In this document: piece after piece, positions 29,155 to 41,000 of the stretch | Position numbering within the stretch: position 1 is the first letter of the stretch | How the letters are laid out: every line of letters starts with the position of its first letter | Assembly: GCF_988242995.1 (NCBI RefSeq) | Contig: NZ_OZ547043.1 | Reading direction: 5' to 3' (one strand) | Length of the DNA stretch: 64,000 nucleotides | Notes under the pieces: model-generated | The model's input: the letters and a program-made list of their open reading frames with translations, nothing else | What the model was told of the DNA's origin: nothing | Database searches by the model: none | Program-made: the position numbers and the translations under genes

Positions 29155-29916
29155 TCACCACATCACTTTTTGTCGCTGTTTGGCGAGATAATTCAACGGT
29201 GTCAGGCCGTAAAACGCCTTAAAAACAGAGATAAAGTACGACGTGCTGCTATAGCCACATAATTGCGCTACCTGAGTGATATTTTTGTTATCCATCAATA
29301 ACATCTGTACGGCGTAACGCATACGACACTCTGTGACAATCTGGCTATAGCTGGTATTTTCGTTTTTTAATTTCTTTTTGAGCAGGCTGGGGCTTAAACA
29401 TAGCGAACTGGCGACAATTCGCAGATTCCAGTAATGCTGAATATCGCTTTGAATAATGCGGCAGACGCTGTCGCGGACGCTGCTGCGTAAGATATACATC
29501 AGTAGGGCAATAAACCGCGATTGCTCAAGAAAGTTAGACAATACGGTAAAAAGCAATGCGCGCGTCAACTCCGCTTCGCAGGGTTTGCTGGGTTGCTGCT
29601 TGCTGTGGTTGGCGGCTAGCCGGAACACTTCCGGTGTACGGCTATGACAAGCGATAACCGGGGTAGCCAGCCGCGACCAGGGCTTTACGCAGGTTAAGTT
29701 CTTATTTAAAAACAACAGATAATCGTTGATGATGTTGCGGTTGATGTGGGTGATTAATACGTGATTTAACGTTGAGAGTTCAATGACGTTATTGTTGCAC
29801 GCGAAGGCGGCCAGGTAATTTTTCGGAAGGGTAAACGTGGCATGGTTATTGACGCTTACCTCTACCTCTTTTTCGGTCAGGATCACTACGCAAGGTTCAC
29901 TGCTGCTCAATTGCAT
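29155..29916 (-). CDS. envY: AraC-family regulator EnvY
   Basis: 253-aa ORF matching E. coli EnvY. Confidence 0.85.
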   Translation of the reverse strand: MQLSSSEPCVVILTEKEVEVSVNNHATFTLPKNYLAAFACNNNVIELSTLNHVLITHINRNIINDYLLFLNKNLTCVKPWSRLATPVIACHSRTPEVFRLAANHSKQQPSKPCEAELTRALLFTVLSNFLEQSRFIALLMYILRSSVRDSVCRIIQSDIQHYWNLRIVASSLCLSPSLLKKKLKNENTSYSQIVTECRMRYAVQMLLMDNKNITQVAQLCGYSSTSYFISVFKAFYGLTPLNYLAKQRQKVMW

Positions 29917-30098
29917 TTCGCACTCCTCAGATATCAGAAACTCCGCTCAAAGGATCTATGCTTCCTGCATGAGTGATCGGCCCGTTCGCCGATAACGATC
30001 TTCTTTCTTTAGCACGCTTTTTAGCAATTAATCTTGATGGAATTCTGACGAGAGCGAAAGAGGTAAGCCAGGTCGTACCCGACTTACCTGGAGGGGAT

Positions 30099-30989
30099 TT
30101 AATACTCGAGAATGCCGTGCGCAACGGGCAAATAGCGCAGAGAGAAATAGAGCGTGTCTTTACCGCAAGAGGAACGTTTCGCTAACAGCGAGGCGATCTC
30201 TGCATCCGGTTTCGGTTTCGCTGTAAAGGTTTTACCTTTGCCGGCGACAAACAGTTCATAAACAATGCCGCTGGCAGGGGCGGAACTTTGGCAATCGGCG
30301 CTGGCCTGTAGATAACGTTCACGCTGTTCAACGGTAAGTTTATTCACGCCGCTGCCATCCTGTACCCAGACATTAACGCCGGTTGTTTTAACTTGTTCCA
30401 GCAGTTGGCGATAGCCATCGGGCGACATGTTTCCGGCGAAAAAACTACTGATATAAACCGGTTTTGCTGAAACATCGCTAATCAACCGCTGCGCGTTGTT
30501 TAACCATGTCAGCAACGGTTGACGGGCGGCTTCGCTGCGCCAGTTCAGGTCGTCAATTTCCGCGCTGATGTACCAGCCATCCGGCGTTACGCCAGGCGCG
30601 GCGCTCCATAATCTGGCTTGCTGGAGATCGGCAGCCAGCAGGCGATTAAGATAGCTTTCCAGCGCCGCGGATGACTGTTTCTGGTGCATAAAAAATTCCG
30701 GATCGGCATTCAGCCCGACAATCAGCTTCAGGCCAGCCTGTTGCGCAGCTGCTGCACGCTTAAACAATAACGCGCGCTGTTCTGGCTGGGTGAATGCATC
30801 GCCGTAACGGGTCCATTGCAAAACCAGGGTATCGAAGCCTTGCAAACGTAACTGACTCATCAGCCCCTGCCACTGGGTATCGGTAACCTGACTATCACGG
30901 TTTTGTGGTTGCCAGATAATACCTTTCATCGCAAAGGAAAAAGGGCTGACCAAAAGCAGTGTCAGCAATACGAAAATGAACTTACGCAT
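30099..30989 (-). CDS. ybcH: Uncharacterised protein YbcH
   Basis: 296-aa ORF with signal peptide; synteny upstream of nfrA. Confidence 0.8.
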   Translation of the reverse strand: MRKFIFVLLTLLLVSPFSFAMKGIIWQPQNRDSQVTDTQWQGLMSQLRLQGFDTLVLQWTRYGDAFTQPEQRALLFKRAAAAQQAGLKLIVGLNADPEFFMHQKQSSAALESYLNRLLAADLQQARLWSAAPGVTPDGWYISAEIDDLNWRSEAARQPLLTWLNNAQRLISDVSAKPVYISSFFAGNMSPDGYRQLLEQVKTTGVNVWVQDGSGVNKLTVEQRERYLQASADCQSSAPASGIVYELFVAGKGKTFTAKPKPDAEIASLLAKRSSCGKDTLYFSLRYLPVAHGILEY

Positions 30990-33962
30990 TTACCAGTGCA
31001 CTCCAATGGTGAGAAACGCGTTGTTGCGCTCTCCGTTACGTTGATTAATCGCCTTAAAGGTATGTTGATATTCGATGCCGAGACTGACTTTGTGCGGCCA
31101 GGCGTCGTAGTGCGTCTCGCCGGTCCAGATATTCCAGCGGACCCCGACACCGCCAAGCTGCGCGCCCTGAGTGCCTTTATCACGATAACCGTTGTCCTGA
31201 ACGTGAGCGTAAGGCTCAATAGTCTGTCCGTTCGCCACCTTCTGATGCCAGCTTACGCGATAATCTGCCGTCCACGCCTGAATATCCTGGCGGACATATT
31301 GCGCCGCATCGAGGTACAGGTTTTGGGCAAACCAGCCTGAACCGTTCGGGTGCCATTCGTCGCTGTATTTGCCGCCATTAAAGAATGAGGCGCTGGCGCG
31401 CAGCATGGTATCGGATGCGCCATTTTGCCCGTTCAGCGGCAACTGCTGTTCGACTGCGAGGAAAAAGATCTGATCGCGCAGCGGCTTCCAGCGCAGACCG
31501 GTGCCGGACATCGGATTTTTCACCGGCATCATCACCCCGTTTTCTCCGGTATCGGCAAAGACGCGGCTATAAACTGAGAGCAGGTCGCCTTCCAGCAGCA
31601 TATTGCGTCCGATGCGGTACTCGGCTTCCAGTTGCCCGTAGCTACGATAGCTTTTCCCTGGCGCTGCGCCGCCGACATTATTGTTAGCGGTACTCATTGC
31701 GCCGGAACGCAAGCCGATGGAAGAATCGAAACTGAACGTCCAGCGGCGACCGACCTCCTCATGCAGACGGCGGAAATTGAAGCGTTGCTGATTTTGCTCT
31801 GGGGTCAGTGGGGTTATCAGCGCCTGATTATCAATGTCATCAATCACCAGCCGGGCGTAGTGCTGCGTCGCAGGCATGTCATCCAGACGCTGGTTCACGT
31901 AGGCCAGTTGTCGGATAAGTGCCGGATCGTCCGGTAGCCCTTTATGCGCCTGTTCGAGCATTTCCCGCGACTGTGCGATATCACCGCTATCCCACAAGGC
32001 GTAACCGAGCGCTGCCTGGGTGTTGCTATTATTCGGTTCCAGTTCCAGCGCGGCGCGCAAATCACTCACCGCCGCCGGGACATTATGACGTTGGCGATAA
32101 ATTGTCGCCCGCGCAACGTAAGCGTTGGCAGAAGGCGCAATATTGATTGAGCGCGTGAGATCGTTCAGTGCGAGTTCCGGCTGACCAGGAATGTAACGTT
32201 GCGCATGCAGCCACCAGTAGAGGGCATTGTTTCCCAGCCCACGTTGTTCTGCCTGCTGAAGCCAGCGATCGCGAGCCGCACCATTTCCTGCCGCCTGGGC
32301 GGTATTGGCAGCAGCAAGCAGATCCTCATTGCTCATGTCGTGAAGACTGATTTTCTGCCAGGCCGCCAGTGCGGTGGCGTAATCCTCAACCTGATACGCC
32401 TGATAGGCTACCGCACGATGTTGCCAGGCGTTCGGTTGTCGTTGTTCGGCCTGAAGCCATGCATACAACGCCACACCGGGTAGCGTGTCCCGATAACACT
32501 TTGCCAGACGGTTCCAGGCGGCGGCATCGTAGGAAGGCGACATATCGCCCAGCAAGCGAACTATTGCCGGGCAATTATCTGCAATACCCGGCAACTGACT
32601 TTGCCACTGACGTTGCTCCGCCAGCGGTAAGGGTTTCGATAAAATCGCCACCTTCGCCGGCGTTGCCAGGTAAGGATGACTTTCCAGCAGAGACGCCAGT
32701 CGCGCCATTAAAGTCTGGCTGACACGCGCATCGCCCTGGAAAGGATAGCGTTGCAGCAATAAATCGGCAGCTTCGCGTGACTGCTCGTTCTGCATCAGTT
32801 GCCAGGTCAGTTGATCCAGGCGGGTAAGATTTTCCGGTTCTTGCTGATACAGCAATCGTGCCAGACGCAGAGCTTCAGCCTTGTTATGGGTCGCTACGCT
32901 AACGGTATAACGCTCCTCAAGCATTTCATTGGCGGGGAGGGTGGCGAGCAGTTTTTGCGCTGCGTCGTACTGACCTTCTTTTAACAGCACCGGTAGCGTC
33001 GCGCCAACAACATACTGGCGGTTGTCAGCAAACTGTACCGTATAATTCGCCAACGCCTGAACGGGGTTGCCGCTGTATTTAGATAACAGATAGAGCCAAC
33101 TTTTCTCTTGTGCGTCCGTGGTAAATAGCGGCGTATTTTCAATGAGATAACGCTGGAGGCGTGCTTTTTCGTCACGATAAGCCAGCGCGGTCGCGTAAGT
33201 AATATATGACTGCGGATCGGTGAAGATCCCCTGTGATTGCAGCGCCAGGATCCGATCGTCCAGCTGCCCGGCAAGAAGCACATCAAACCACTGGCGGCGT
33301 TCTGCCGCGCTTAATGTGTTCTGCTGGCGTGCTTCATTGTATAGCGTATCTGCCTGGGACCATTGCTTCAGGTAGATTGCCCGTTGCAGCAGATCGGTTC
33401 GCAGCGTTTTTCCTTCCGGCGATGCAGCAAACGTCGCATCGTTCAGTTGCGCTCTGGCGACAGGTAATTGTGCCAGCCGCAGGGCATTCTGCCCAACTTC
33501 ACTGCGACAACGCAGGGTCGGCGCAGCATCGCACGCTTTTTGCTGGGCAAGCAGTTCTTCAACAGTCGTAACGCTTTTCACTTCAACTGGAATAGCCGCC
33601 AGACTGCGCTCAAGTCGGGCATCTCCTGGGTGACGTTTCAGTTGATCCTCAAGCAACAGCCGCGCCCGGTCATCATGACCAAAATGGCGATAGGCTTCCG
33701 CAAGGTATAAAGTTAGCGGAATATTATCCGGCACCTGCTGGTGTATATATTCAAATTCGCGGATGGCGGTTGCTTCGTCGTTATTTTTCTGTGCCTTCAG
33801 CGCCTTGTCGAGACGGGGATAAATAACAAAATGGCGATAATCGCTCAGCCCCAGCTCTTCTGCGCTGGTGCCGATATTGTCTGCGAGTGCGCTGGTACTC
33901 AATAAAGACGTCAGCAGTAAACCAGACCATCCGATGACGCGATTAAGGTTATTCTCCTTCAT
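30990..33962 (-). CDS. nfrA: Bacteriophage N4 adsorption protein A (outer membrane, TPR-rich)
   Basis: Matches E. coli NfrA from MKENNLNRVIGWSGLLL...; ends ...TIGVHW. Confidence 0.9.
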   Translation of the reverse strand: MKENNLNRVIGWSGLLLTSLLSTSALADNIGTSAEELGLSDYRHFVIYPRLDKALKAQKNNDEATAIREFEYIHQQVPDNIPLTLYLAEAYRHFGHDDRARLLLEDQLKRHPGDARLERSLAAIPVEVKSVTTVEELLAQQKACDAAPTLRCRSEVGQNALRLAQLPVARAQLNDATFAASPEGKTLRTDLLQRAIYLKQWSQADTLYNEARQQNTLSAAERRQWFDVLLAGQLDDRILALQSQGIFTDPQSYITYATALAYRDEKARLQRYLIENTPLFTTDAQEKSWLYLLSKYSGNPVQALANYTVQFADNRQYVVGATLPVLLKEGQYDAAQKLLATLPANEMLEERYTVSVATHNKAEALRLARLLYQQEPENLTRLDQLTWQLMQNEQSREAADLLLQRYPFQGDARVSQTLMARLASLLESHPYLATPAKVAILSKPLPLAEQRQWQSQLPGIADNCPAIVRLLGDMSPSYDAAAWNRLAKCYRDTLPGVALYAWLQAEQRQPNAWQHRAVAYQAYQVEDYATALAAWQKISLHDMSNEDLLAAANTAQAAGNGAARDRWLQQAEQRGLGNNALYWWLHAQRYIPGQPELALNDLTRSINIAPSANAYVARATIYRQRHNVPAAVSDLRAALELEPNNSNTQAALGYALWDSGDIAQSREMLEQAHKGLPDDPALIRQLAYVNQRLDDMPATQHYARLVIDDIDNQALITPLTPEQNQQRFNFRRLHEEVGRRWTFSFDSSIGLRSGAMSTANNNVGGAAPGKSYRSYGQLEAEYRIGRNMLLEGDLLSVYSRVFADTGENGVMMPVKNPMSGTGLRWKPLRDQIFFLAVEQQLPLNGQNGASDTMLRASASFFNGGKYSDEWHPNGSGWFAQNLYLDAAQYVRQDIQAWTADYRVSWHQKVANGQTIEPYAHVQDNGYRDKGTQGAQLGGVGVRWNIWTGETHYDAWPHKVSLGIEYQHTFKAINQRNGERNNAFLTIGVHW

Positions 33963-36186
33963 TTTCGGACTCCAGTTGCGCAACCTGTTCTGTGTTTAAA
34001 CCTGCTTTGAGTAATAGTGATTGCATCGAAACTTGTAATTCGCGTTGAATTGTCAGGACGCGATCCAACGTTTCCTGGCTGATAACGCCTTCGGTGACCA
34101 AAAACTTGCCGAGCGGCAGAGAACTACGTTCATGGCGCAATAACAACACGTTAATTGCTGAACGATTAATATGACCGAGTGTGGTCAGTATTTCGGCGAA
34201 CAGGAACTGATGCGGCACATATTGCCGCCAGATTTCACCGGCCTGCTGTTCCGTGAGCCACTGATGCTGAACCGCATTGTACAACATTGCCCGCGGATCG
34301 TGACCGCGTCGGCGCGCATACCAGTGGCGTAACCCCGTGACAATTTGTCCCCGCAGAACAATGACGTAACGCACTTTGCGTCCGACTTTACGCGTCAGGG
34401 CCGCCAGCGAAACCGGGTCAATACCATCTTCACTGCCGACAATTAACTCATCATTTTCCAGACGCAGCGGCAGTACTGCATAATGCAGCGCCACGGAGGC
34501 CGGCATTTCGGCAATCAGTGATGAAGGGATCTGCCAGGCGTCGATCGACTCCCACGCCACGCCGTTTTGCTCTGCCAGCGCCTGTGCCAGCTGTTCGGCG
34601 CTAATCAGCCCCTGCATCAGCATTGAACCGCCCAGGCGTAGACCTTCGACGCGATTACGCAGTGCTGTATCGAGTTGTTCTTCAGTGATGACCTGATTTT
34701 CCAGCAGGATTTGACCTAACGGACGCAACGAGCGGGTATCGCCAGTCACGCTGGGGAAGTCATGCGTTGTTTTATCCCACGCGACACGACGTGGATCGCC
34801 GTGTTGAAGTACCTGTTTTAACGCGCGCCAGTTGGCCATGAAGTTAATCAGGTTGCCCCAGAAAAGACGCAGGACAGATAGCAGCCCCTGCGTCAGGCCG
34901 TAGTAGCCAGTAACGAAAATCACCCGCTGCACGATGCGGTTAATCATCAAGCCAAAGTTTAGCCACAGCAGAGTCATTAACCATGCGCTGCCGCTGAAAA
35001 TAGAAAGGAAATGCCAGGCATCGGGCCACAAACTTTCATACGCCAGCAACAGCAAAAGCTGGATCATCACCAGCATCGCGAGGAAGCTGACAAAGTTACT
35101 GATTGCCCCTTTGCGGTCGCGCCAGAGAAAGTAGTTCAGCGTCAGGCTGGAGGTCCATTTGTGGGTTTTAAAGCCCTGGAAAACAATGCCGATGATCCAG
35201 CGAGATTTTTGTCGAACCGCAGTCGAAAAGGTATCGGGGAAATATTCGCGCACGCAGATCATGTTTGACGTCCGCGCGTGCTGTAAAAATTTACGCTGCT
35301 CGCGTTCTTTGGCTTCGTCCACCACCGGAAAACGGACAAAAATTTCCGTCATACCTTTTTCTTTCAGGCGGAAACCAATGTCGTAATCTTCAGTAAGACT
35401 CTGCACGTCGAAAGCAATACCGTCACCGTCAGCTAACAGTGCGGTCACGGCGCGGCGGCTGAAACAGGTGCCGACGCCTGCGCTGGGCACTTGTCCGGCG
35501 AGGGCTTCACGCACCGGAACATCTTTGCCATGCAGTTCTGAAAACTCATCAATGTAAGTCATGCTGGTGAAGTGCGTCCATTCGCGTTCGAACGGATACA
35601 CCGGGATCTGAATCAGATCTTTACGCTCGACCAGATAGTTGAACAGACGCAATTCCATCGGTGAAATTACGTCTTCGGCGTCATGCAGAATAAAACCAGC
35701 AAAAGCGAAATTGGCGCTACGCTCAAACTGGGTGATGGCGTCCAGCACGTTGTTCAGGCAGTCGGCTTTGCTGGTGGGGCCAGGACGCGCGCAGACTACC
35801 TTATGCACATTCGGGAAGCGAGCGCACACTTCGTCAACATCACGCTGAGTATCGGGGTCGTTGGGGTAGGTGCCAACAAAGATATGATAGTTTTCATAGT
35901 CGAGCGTGGTCGCCGCCAGCTCGGCCATATTGCCGATGACGCCCGTTTCATTCCACGCCGGAACCATAATCGCTAACGGTTTTTCATCTGGTTTATACAG
36001 TTCGCGGTAACTCATTCGCGGGTAGCGGCGATAAACACTCAACTTGCGTTTAATGCGGCGTACCCAGTAGACGACATCAATAAAAAAATCGTCCAGCCCG
36101 CTGATGAACATGATGACCGCTAACGTTATCGCGATTACTTTTAAGCCGTAGAGCCAGGTAGCAAAAACATCAAGAAGCCAGTCCAC
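33949..36186 (-). CDS. nfrB: Bacteriophage N4 adsorption protein B (family 2 glycosyltransferase, inner membrane)
   Basis: 745-aa ORF matching E. coli NfrB. Confidence 0.9.
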   Translation of the reverse strand: MDWLLDVFATWLYGLKVIAITLAVIMFISGLDDFFIDVVYWVRRIKRKLSVYRRYPRMSYRELYKPDEKPLAIMVPAWNETGVIGNMAELAATTLDYENYHIFVGTYPNDPDTQRDVDEVCARFPNVHKVVCARPGPTSKADCLNNVLDAITQFERSANFAFAGFILHDAEDVISPMELRLFNYLVERKDLIQIPVYPFEREWTHFTSMTYIDEFSELHGKDVPVREALAGQVPSAGVGTCFSRRAVTALLADGDGIAFDVQSLTEDYDIGFRLKEKGMTEIFVRFPVVDEAKEREQRKFLQHARTSNMICVREYFPDTFSTAVRQKSRWIIGIVFQGFKTHKWTSSLTLNYFLWRDRKGAISNFVSFLAMLVMIQLLLLLAYESLWPDAWHFLSIFSGSAWLMTLLWLNFGLMINRIVQRVIFVTGYYGLTQGLLSVLRLFWGNLINFMANWRALKQVLQHGDPRRVAWDKTTHDFPSVTGDTRSLRPLGQILLENQVITEEQLDTALRNRVEGLRLGGSMLMQGLISAEQLAQALAEQNGVAWESIDAWQIPSSLIAEMPASVALHYAVLPLRLENDELIVGSEDGIDPVSLAALTRKVGRKVRYVIVLRGQIVTGLRHWYARRRGHDPRAMLYNAVQHQWLTEQQAGEIWRQYVPHQFLFAEILTTLGHINRSAINVLLLRHERSSLPLGKFLVTEGVISQETLDRVLTIQRELQVSMQSLLLKAGLNTEQVAQLESENEGE

Positions 36187-36383
36187 ACAAAAACCTTACA
36201 TTAACGCTGGTTATGTTTAGGGTGGCGTATATTAAGGTTTTTTATGAATTGTGACAGCTTTTTACCATTAATAGGTATGACTATTGCGGCACGTTATTTT
36301 TACACTGGTTATAAAAGTTGCCGTTTGCGTAGAATGTAGACAAAAGCGTGGTGTCAAGGAGGGGAGGTTAACGCAGGGCAAGA

Positions 36384-37520
36384 TTACGAAAGCCCGCTCC
36401 CCGCAAGGACTGACGCGAGATAGTTTCTGCCCATGGCTGCTTTTCGCATCTTACGTCTTAACCCTGCCTTGAATATCTTATCATTCGTTAAAATATTAAT
36501 AGCGATGTGCCGTATCCCTGAATATAATTCTGCGGCGTTTCCTCTTCTTATTTTGCAGTCGTCTTCATTCATTACCACGTCCAGACGCCAGTGCAGCTTA
36601 TTCTCCACGTGCCAGTGGTTTCGGATTGCTGTGGCGAACTTCTCTGCGGTTAAATCAGCAGAACTGATATAATATCTGACCGTCATTTCTGGCTCTTTCT
36701 TTTGTTCTGCTATTATTGACCGAAAGGAGACTGCCACACATAATTTCTTCAGTCCTTTCCATTCAAACGTGAAATCAATAAGTTCATCAGGGACATCGCA
36801 AACAATATGAAGACGGATTTCTTCTCTGCCGTGACTCTTTTCACTAATGGCGTAACTGTCATGCTCTGGATTATTTAATTCTTTCAGTGGAAATTTTTCC
36901 TCAAAGGCTTTATTAAGCCGCCCCTGGTTTCCTTTTACAGCGAATAAATAATCACCGCCCTGTTTTTGTATCTTCTCTGCAATATCTTTCTGGCAACCCA
37001 TCGCATCAGTTGTGATGATTTTTCCTTTAATATACAGCATGTTAAGAAGTTCTGGGATAGCTGTAATCTCATTAGATTTCTCATCCGTTCTGATCTGTCC
37101 GATGACCAGACTGTGCATTGTTGAGAACGCACTAATGACATGAATCGCTCCCCTGCGGCGACTCTTGTCATAAGAATGCCGGAGTGTTTTTCCATCGATT
37201 GCAATAACGTCTTTATCATCTGAAGTATGGCAATCTCGCATCCAGTTAATAAAGCACTCGTGAAATTTTGAAGGACTGATACAGGATACAACTCTGGCGA
37301 TGGTATCGTGAACAGGAATACCATTTTCAAAATCACCATATTGTTTTAAAAAATCGAGATGTGTTTCCCCAAAATCCTCTATATCTTCCCAACCTTCTGC
37401 ACCAGAAATAACGGCACAAATAGTCAACAGTAGAATATCCGATAATTTATGTTCCACTTTCCAGGCTTGTCTGTAATCGGGGATAATAGAAATATGCTCC
37501 ATCAATTTTTTAAGTTCCAT
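36384..37520 (-). CDS. ISAs1-family transposase (H-repeat-associated protein), apparently full length
   Basis: 378-aa ORF matching E. coli H-rpt proteins (YhhI/YbfD type) associated with Rhs loci. Confidence 0.8.
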   Translation of the reverse strand: MELKKLMEHISIIPDYRQAWKVEHKLSDILLLTICAVISGAEGWEDIEDFGETHLDFLKQYGDFENGIPVHDTIARVVSCISPSKFHECFINWMRDCHTSDDKDVIAIDGKTLRHSYDKSRRRGAIHVISAFSTMHSLVIGQIRTDEKSNEITAIPELLNMLYIKGKIITTDAMGCQKDIAEKIQKQGGDYLFAVKGNQGRLNKAFEEKFPLKELNNPEHDSYAISEKSHGREEIRLHIVCDVPDELIDFTFEWKGLKKLCVAVSFRSIIAEQKKEPEMTVRYYISSADLTAEKFATAIRNHWHVENKLHWRLDVVMNEDDCKIRRGNAAELYSGIRHIAINILTNDKIFKAGLRRKMRKAAMGRNYLASVLAGSGLS

Positions 37521-37786
37521 TTTGTTCTCCTTAATTATGTAAGGAGTATTTGATCATGTATAAGCAATAAAAACAGCTTTAGGTAATGAGGAATATCTCA
37601 ATTTTTAAACATAAAATGCGAATTATTTAGTACAAAAAAGCAGCGTTACGTGATCTTTCCCTGGTGTACTTCTGATGATCTTTCCCTGGGTTAAACAGGT
37701 GGTGAAGGGAATGAAGAATGGGATATCCGGCGTATTACGCGAGGTATAAAAATAAAAGCCGGGAGATTGTCACTCCCGGCAACATA

Positions 37787-38068
37787 TTATTTTTTTATTT
37801 CATTATATCTGATAAAAAAAGTATTTAGTGCATCATGTTCATCTTGTGAGAACAATAAAATAATTTTATCCCATGAATGTCCTGTTACTCCATAATAGTC
37901 TTCAATATAAGATTGAAGCCTTATTAATATCTCAATATTGACGATTTCTTTTGGCTCTCTCATTTGCCATCCATCCAGGAAAGCTTTTAACGCCGATATG
38001 GTATGCCTGCTTAAATATAAAGCTGGTCTTTTTTCTATCATATCAATCAGTTTAACAATATCATTCAT
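37787..38068 (-). CDS. Putative Rhs immunity protein (93 aa)
   Basis: Small AT-rich ORF starting 2 nt after the rhs stop on the same strand; position typical for cognate immunity. Confidence 0.55.
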   Translation of the reverse strand: MNDIVKLIDMIEKRPALYLSRHTISALKAFLDGWQMREPKEIVNIEILIRLQSYIEDYYGVTGHSWDKIILLFSQDEHDALNTFFIRYNEIKK

Positions 38069-38070
38069 AA

Positions 38071-41000
38071 TTAAAACCTTGATGGAGTAATGGTGTATTC
38101 GCCAGGAGAGTATATATCATTCAGCCAATCTTCATACTTTATACCAGAAGGATTCATATTATCAAAAACTGTATCACCTACTTTTATTGCTTCATGATGA
38201 CCATTAGTTGCTATATTTTTACCTATTCTATCACTCCATATATTGCCAAAGGCGCCTTGTTTATTTTTAGTTTCGAGTATGAGATGCTCACCATTTACCC
38301 CAGCTTGTTGCATTTTACTTTTTAACGCTGCGGCAAATTTATCGCATTGAAAAAGCTGTTTAAACTTATCACTTATTGTTGTTGCAAGATCCCTTGTTTT
38401 TGCGATATCGCAAATGGTTAATCCTAATGGATCAATATAACCAAGGGGATTATGAACATATGCATAATTGTTTATCCCGCCTCTCAGCCCTATCGGATCA
38501 CTCACCAGGTACATCCCGGTTTCCGGCTCGTAATACCGGAACCGGTTATAGCACAGCCCGGATTCCGCATCCTGCCACTGTCCTGCATACAGCAGGCCGG
38601 GGTCGGCTTCCGGGTCCAGCTCCCCACGCGGGTCCGGGTAGCCGGTGTCTGCGGGCAGGCTGAGTGCCAGCCCCCACAGGCTGGTCTGTCCCGGTCGCCA
38701 GACGGTTTTACCTTCACTGTTAAAGAGCATCAGCGGCCGGCCCGTCAGGTCGCTCACCGCATGATTCGTCCGCGTCACCCACTGCGGGGCCACGGACGGA
38801 TGCGCCTGCCGTACCCGGCTGCACTGCTGGCTTATCAGCTCAAAGCCGTTAAACACCAGGTGCCGCACACTGTACAGTTTATCATCGCGGTATTCCCGGA
38901 TTTCCGCAATACTGTCGCCATCCCACAGGTACGTAAAACGGATTTTCTTCCGGTCGCAGCGTTTCTCTGTTCGTCTGCCGCTGGCATCGTGGCGGTATTC
39001 CCACTGTTCACCCTGTGCGCTGCAATACCCGGTCAGCTGGTCCCGGCTGTCCCACCGGAACCGCTCTGTTTCCGGGCGGTAACCGTCACGGTGTCTGGTG
39101 CGGCTGACCATCCGGCCTGCGGCGTCATAGTCATACTGCGTGTTTCCGGCCTGTTTCAGCCGGTGGCCTCCGGCATACTGGTCAGTCTCTTCACTTATCC
39201 GGTGCCTGCCCGCAGACTGCGCCTTCAGGTAGCCGCAGCTGTCATAGCCATAAGTCTCATCGCCTTCGCCATAGCCCAGCCCGGTGCCTGAGGCTGTCAC
39301 CGCCGTGACCTGGCCGTTCCGGTCCAGCCGGTACTCCCGCCGTGTTTCCCGTCCGTAGTCTTCCCGGCTGGTGACAGCCGACACATTACCCGCGCTGTCG
39401 TAACGGTACTCCCGCACCAGTGAGGGGAGCAGCCCGCCCCATGTGGCTTCCGCCGGGAAAAATCCGGCGCGCTGGCTGACAGCCTGACCGGCTGCATTCC
39501 AGCCCTGCTCACAGGCAAAACCCCGGTTACTGTGCCGGAGCACTTCACGTCCTGCCTCATCACGGCTGAACGTCAGCGTCTCATCCCCCGGCAGGATAAC
39601 CTCCGTCAGTTCTCCGGCGGCGTTGTAGCGGTAGGTGGTTTTCAGCAGGGATTCACCGGGGTGTCTGTCGCGTTCATCTTCCGGTGGCAGGATACAGCGG
39701 ATGACGGTGTGTTCATCGGGGTGGTGGTATTCAATGGCCCGTCGGCCCTGAGTGGTGACATTCACCCGGCCGCGTTCGTCATAGCCGGTGCGCTGTGATG
39801 TGCCGTCCGGGCTGAAGATACCCGTCAGCCTGCCGGATTTGTCATACGCATACTGCGTTTTGCCTTCCGGCGTGATGACTTCTGCCAGGCGGCCTGCGGC
39901 GTCCCGGCTGTAGAGGATAGTTTCCTCCAGGCCGTTGACCCTGGCGGTACACAGGCCATCGGCGTCATAGCGGTAACGCCAGACCACGCCGCCCCAGTCA
40001 CGCTCTTCCGTCACCCGGCCGCAGTTATCCAGAACATAAAGATATGACTCACCCTGCGGATTGATGACTTCTGTCAGTTGCAGCGTGTCTTTATCGTAGC
40101 GGTACTGCCAGCGGTGGCCTTCACCGTCCGTTCGCGCCACCGGCAAATCAAACGGGCCGTACTCCATTGTCCAGACAACGCCATTGCCGTCCGTCCAGGC
40201 CAGCAGGTTGCCGTGGCGGTCGTTGCGGAATCCTTCCGCGCCGGTTCCAGTGCGCTCAAGGCCGCTCAGTTTATGGTGCTGCTGCCACTGCAACCGCACT
40301 GACTGACCGCCGGGGCCGCGCATCTTCACCGGCAGGTCGTGACCACTGTATTTGGTGTGGTGTTCGCGGCCCATCACGTCGGTGAGTGTTTCCGGCCGGT
40401 TGTGGCGGTCGTACTCTATGCCCAGACGCCGTTCATCCTGGCGGAATATCCCCGACAGCAGCCCCTGAGCGGTGTATGCCAGCCGGGTCTCTTCGCCCTG
40501 TGGCGACACCTGACTTACCGGCAGGCCGCGTTCATCACACTGCTGTGTCCACGTCTGCCCGGCAGGGTCGGTGATGTTGCTGAGCAGGCCGCGCTCATCA
40601 TAGCGGTACAGCCACTCCGCGCCGTCTGCCGCCGTGTAACGGCTTAACTGACCGAGTGCGGCGTTGTCTTCAAATTTCTCCACCCGCCCGGCAGGGGAGT
40701 GGCGGGCCAGCAGGTGATGGAATTCATCCCATTCATACGTGGTGGTACTGCCGTCCGGCGCGTCTTCCCGCAGGATATTGCCGTCAGGATCATAGTAATA
40801 ACGGTGAATGCCCTTGCCGTCCGTCACGGTGGTGCAGCCGTCCCCATAGTCCAGCGTGGCGTTGTAATAGCCCTCCGCCCCGGTGACGGTCACGCACCGG
40901 CCCTGTGTATCGTAGGTGAAACGGCTCCACGTCTGGTCGTTATCGGACCAGCGGATGATCCGGTCCGCATCGTCGTACTCATAAAACAGGTGGTAGTCCA

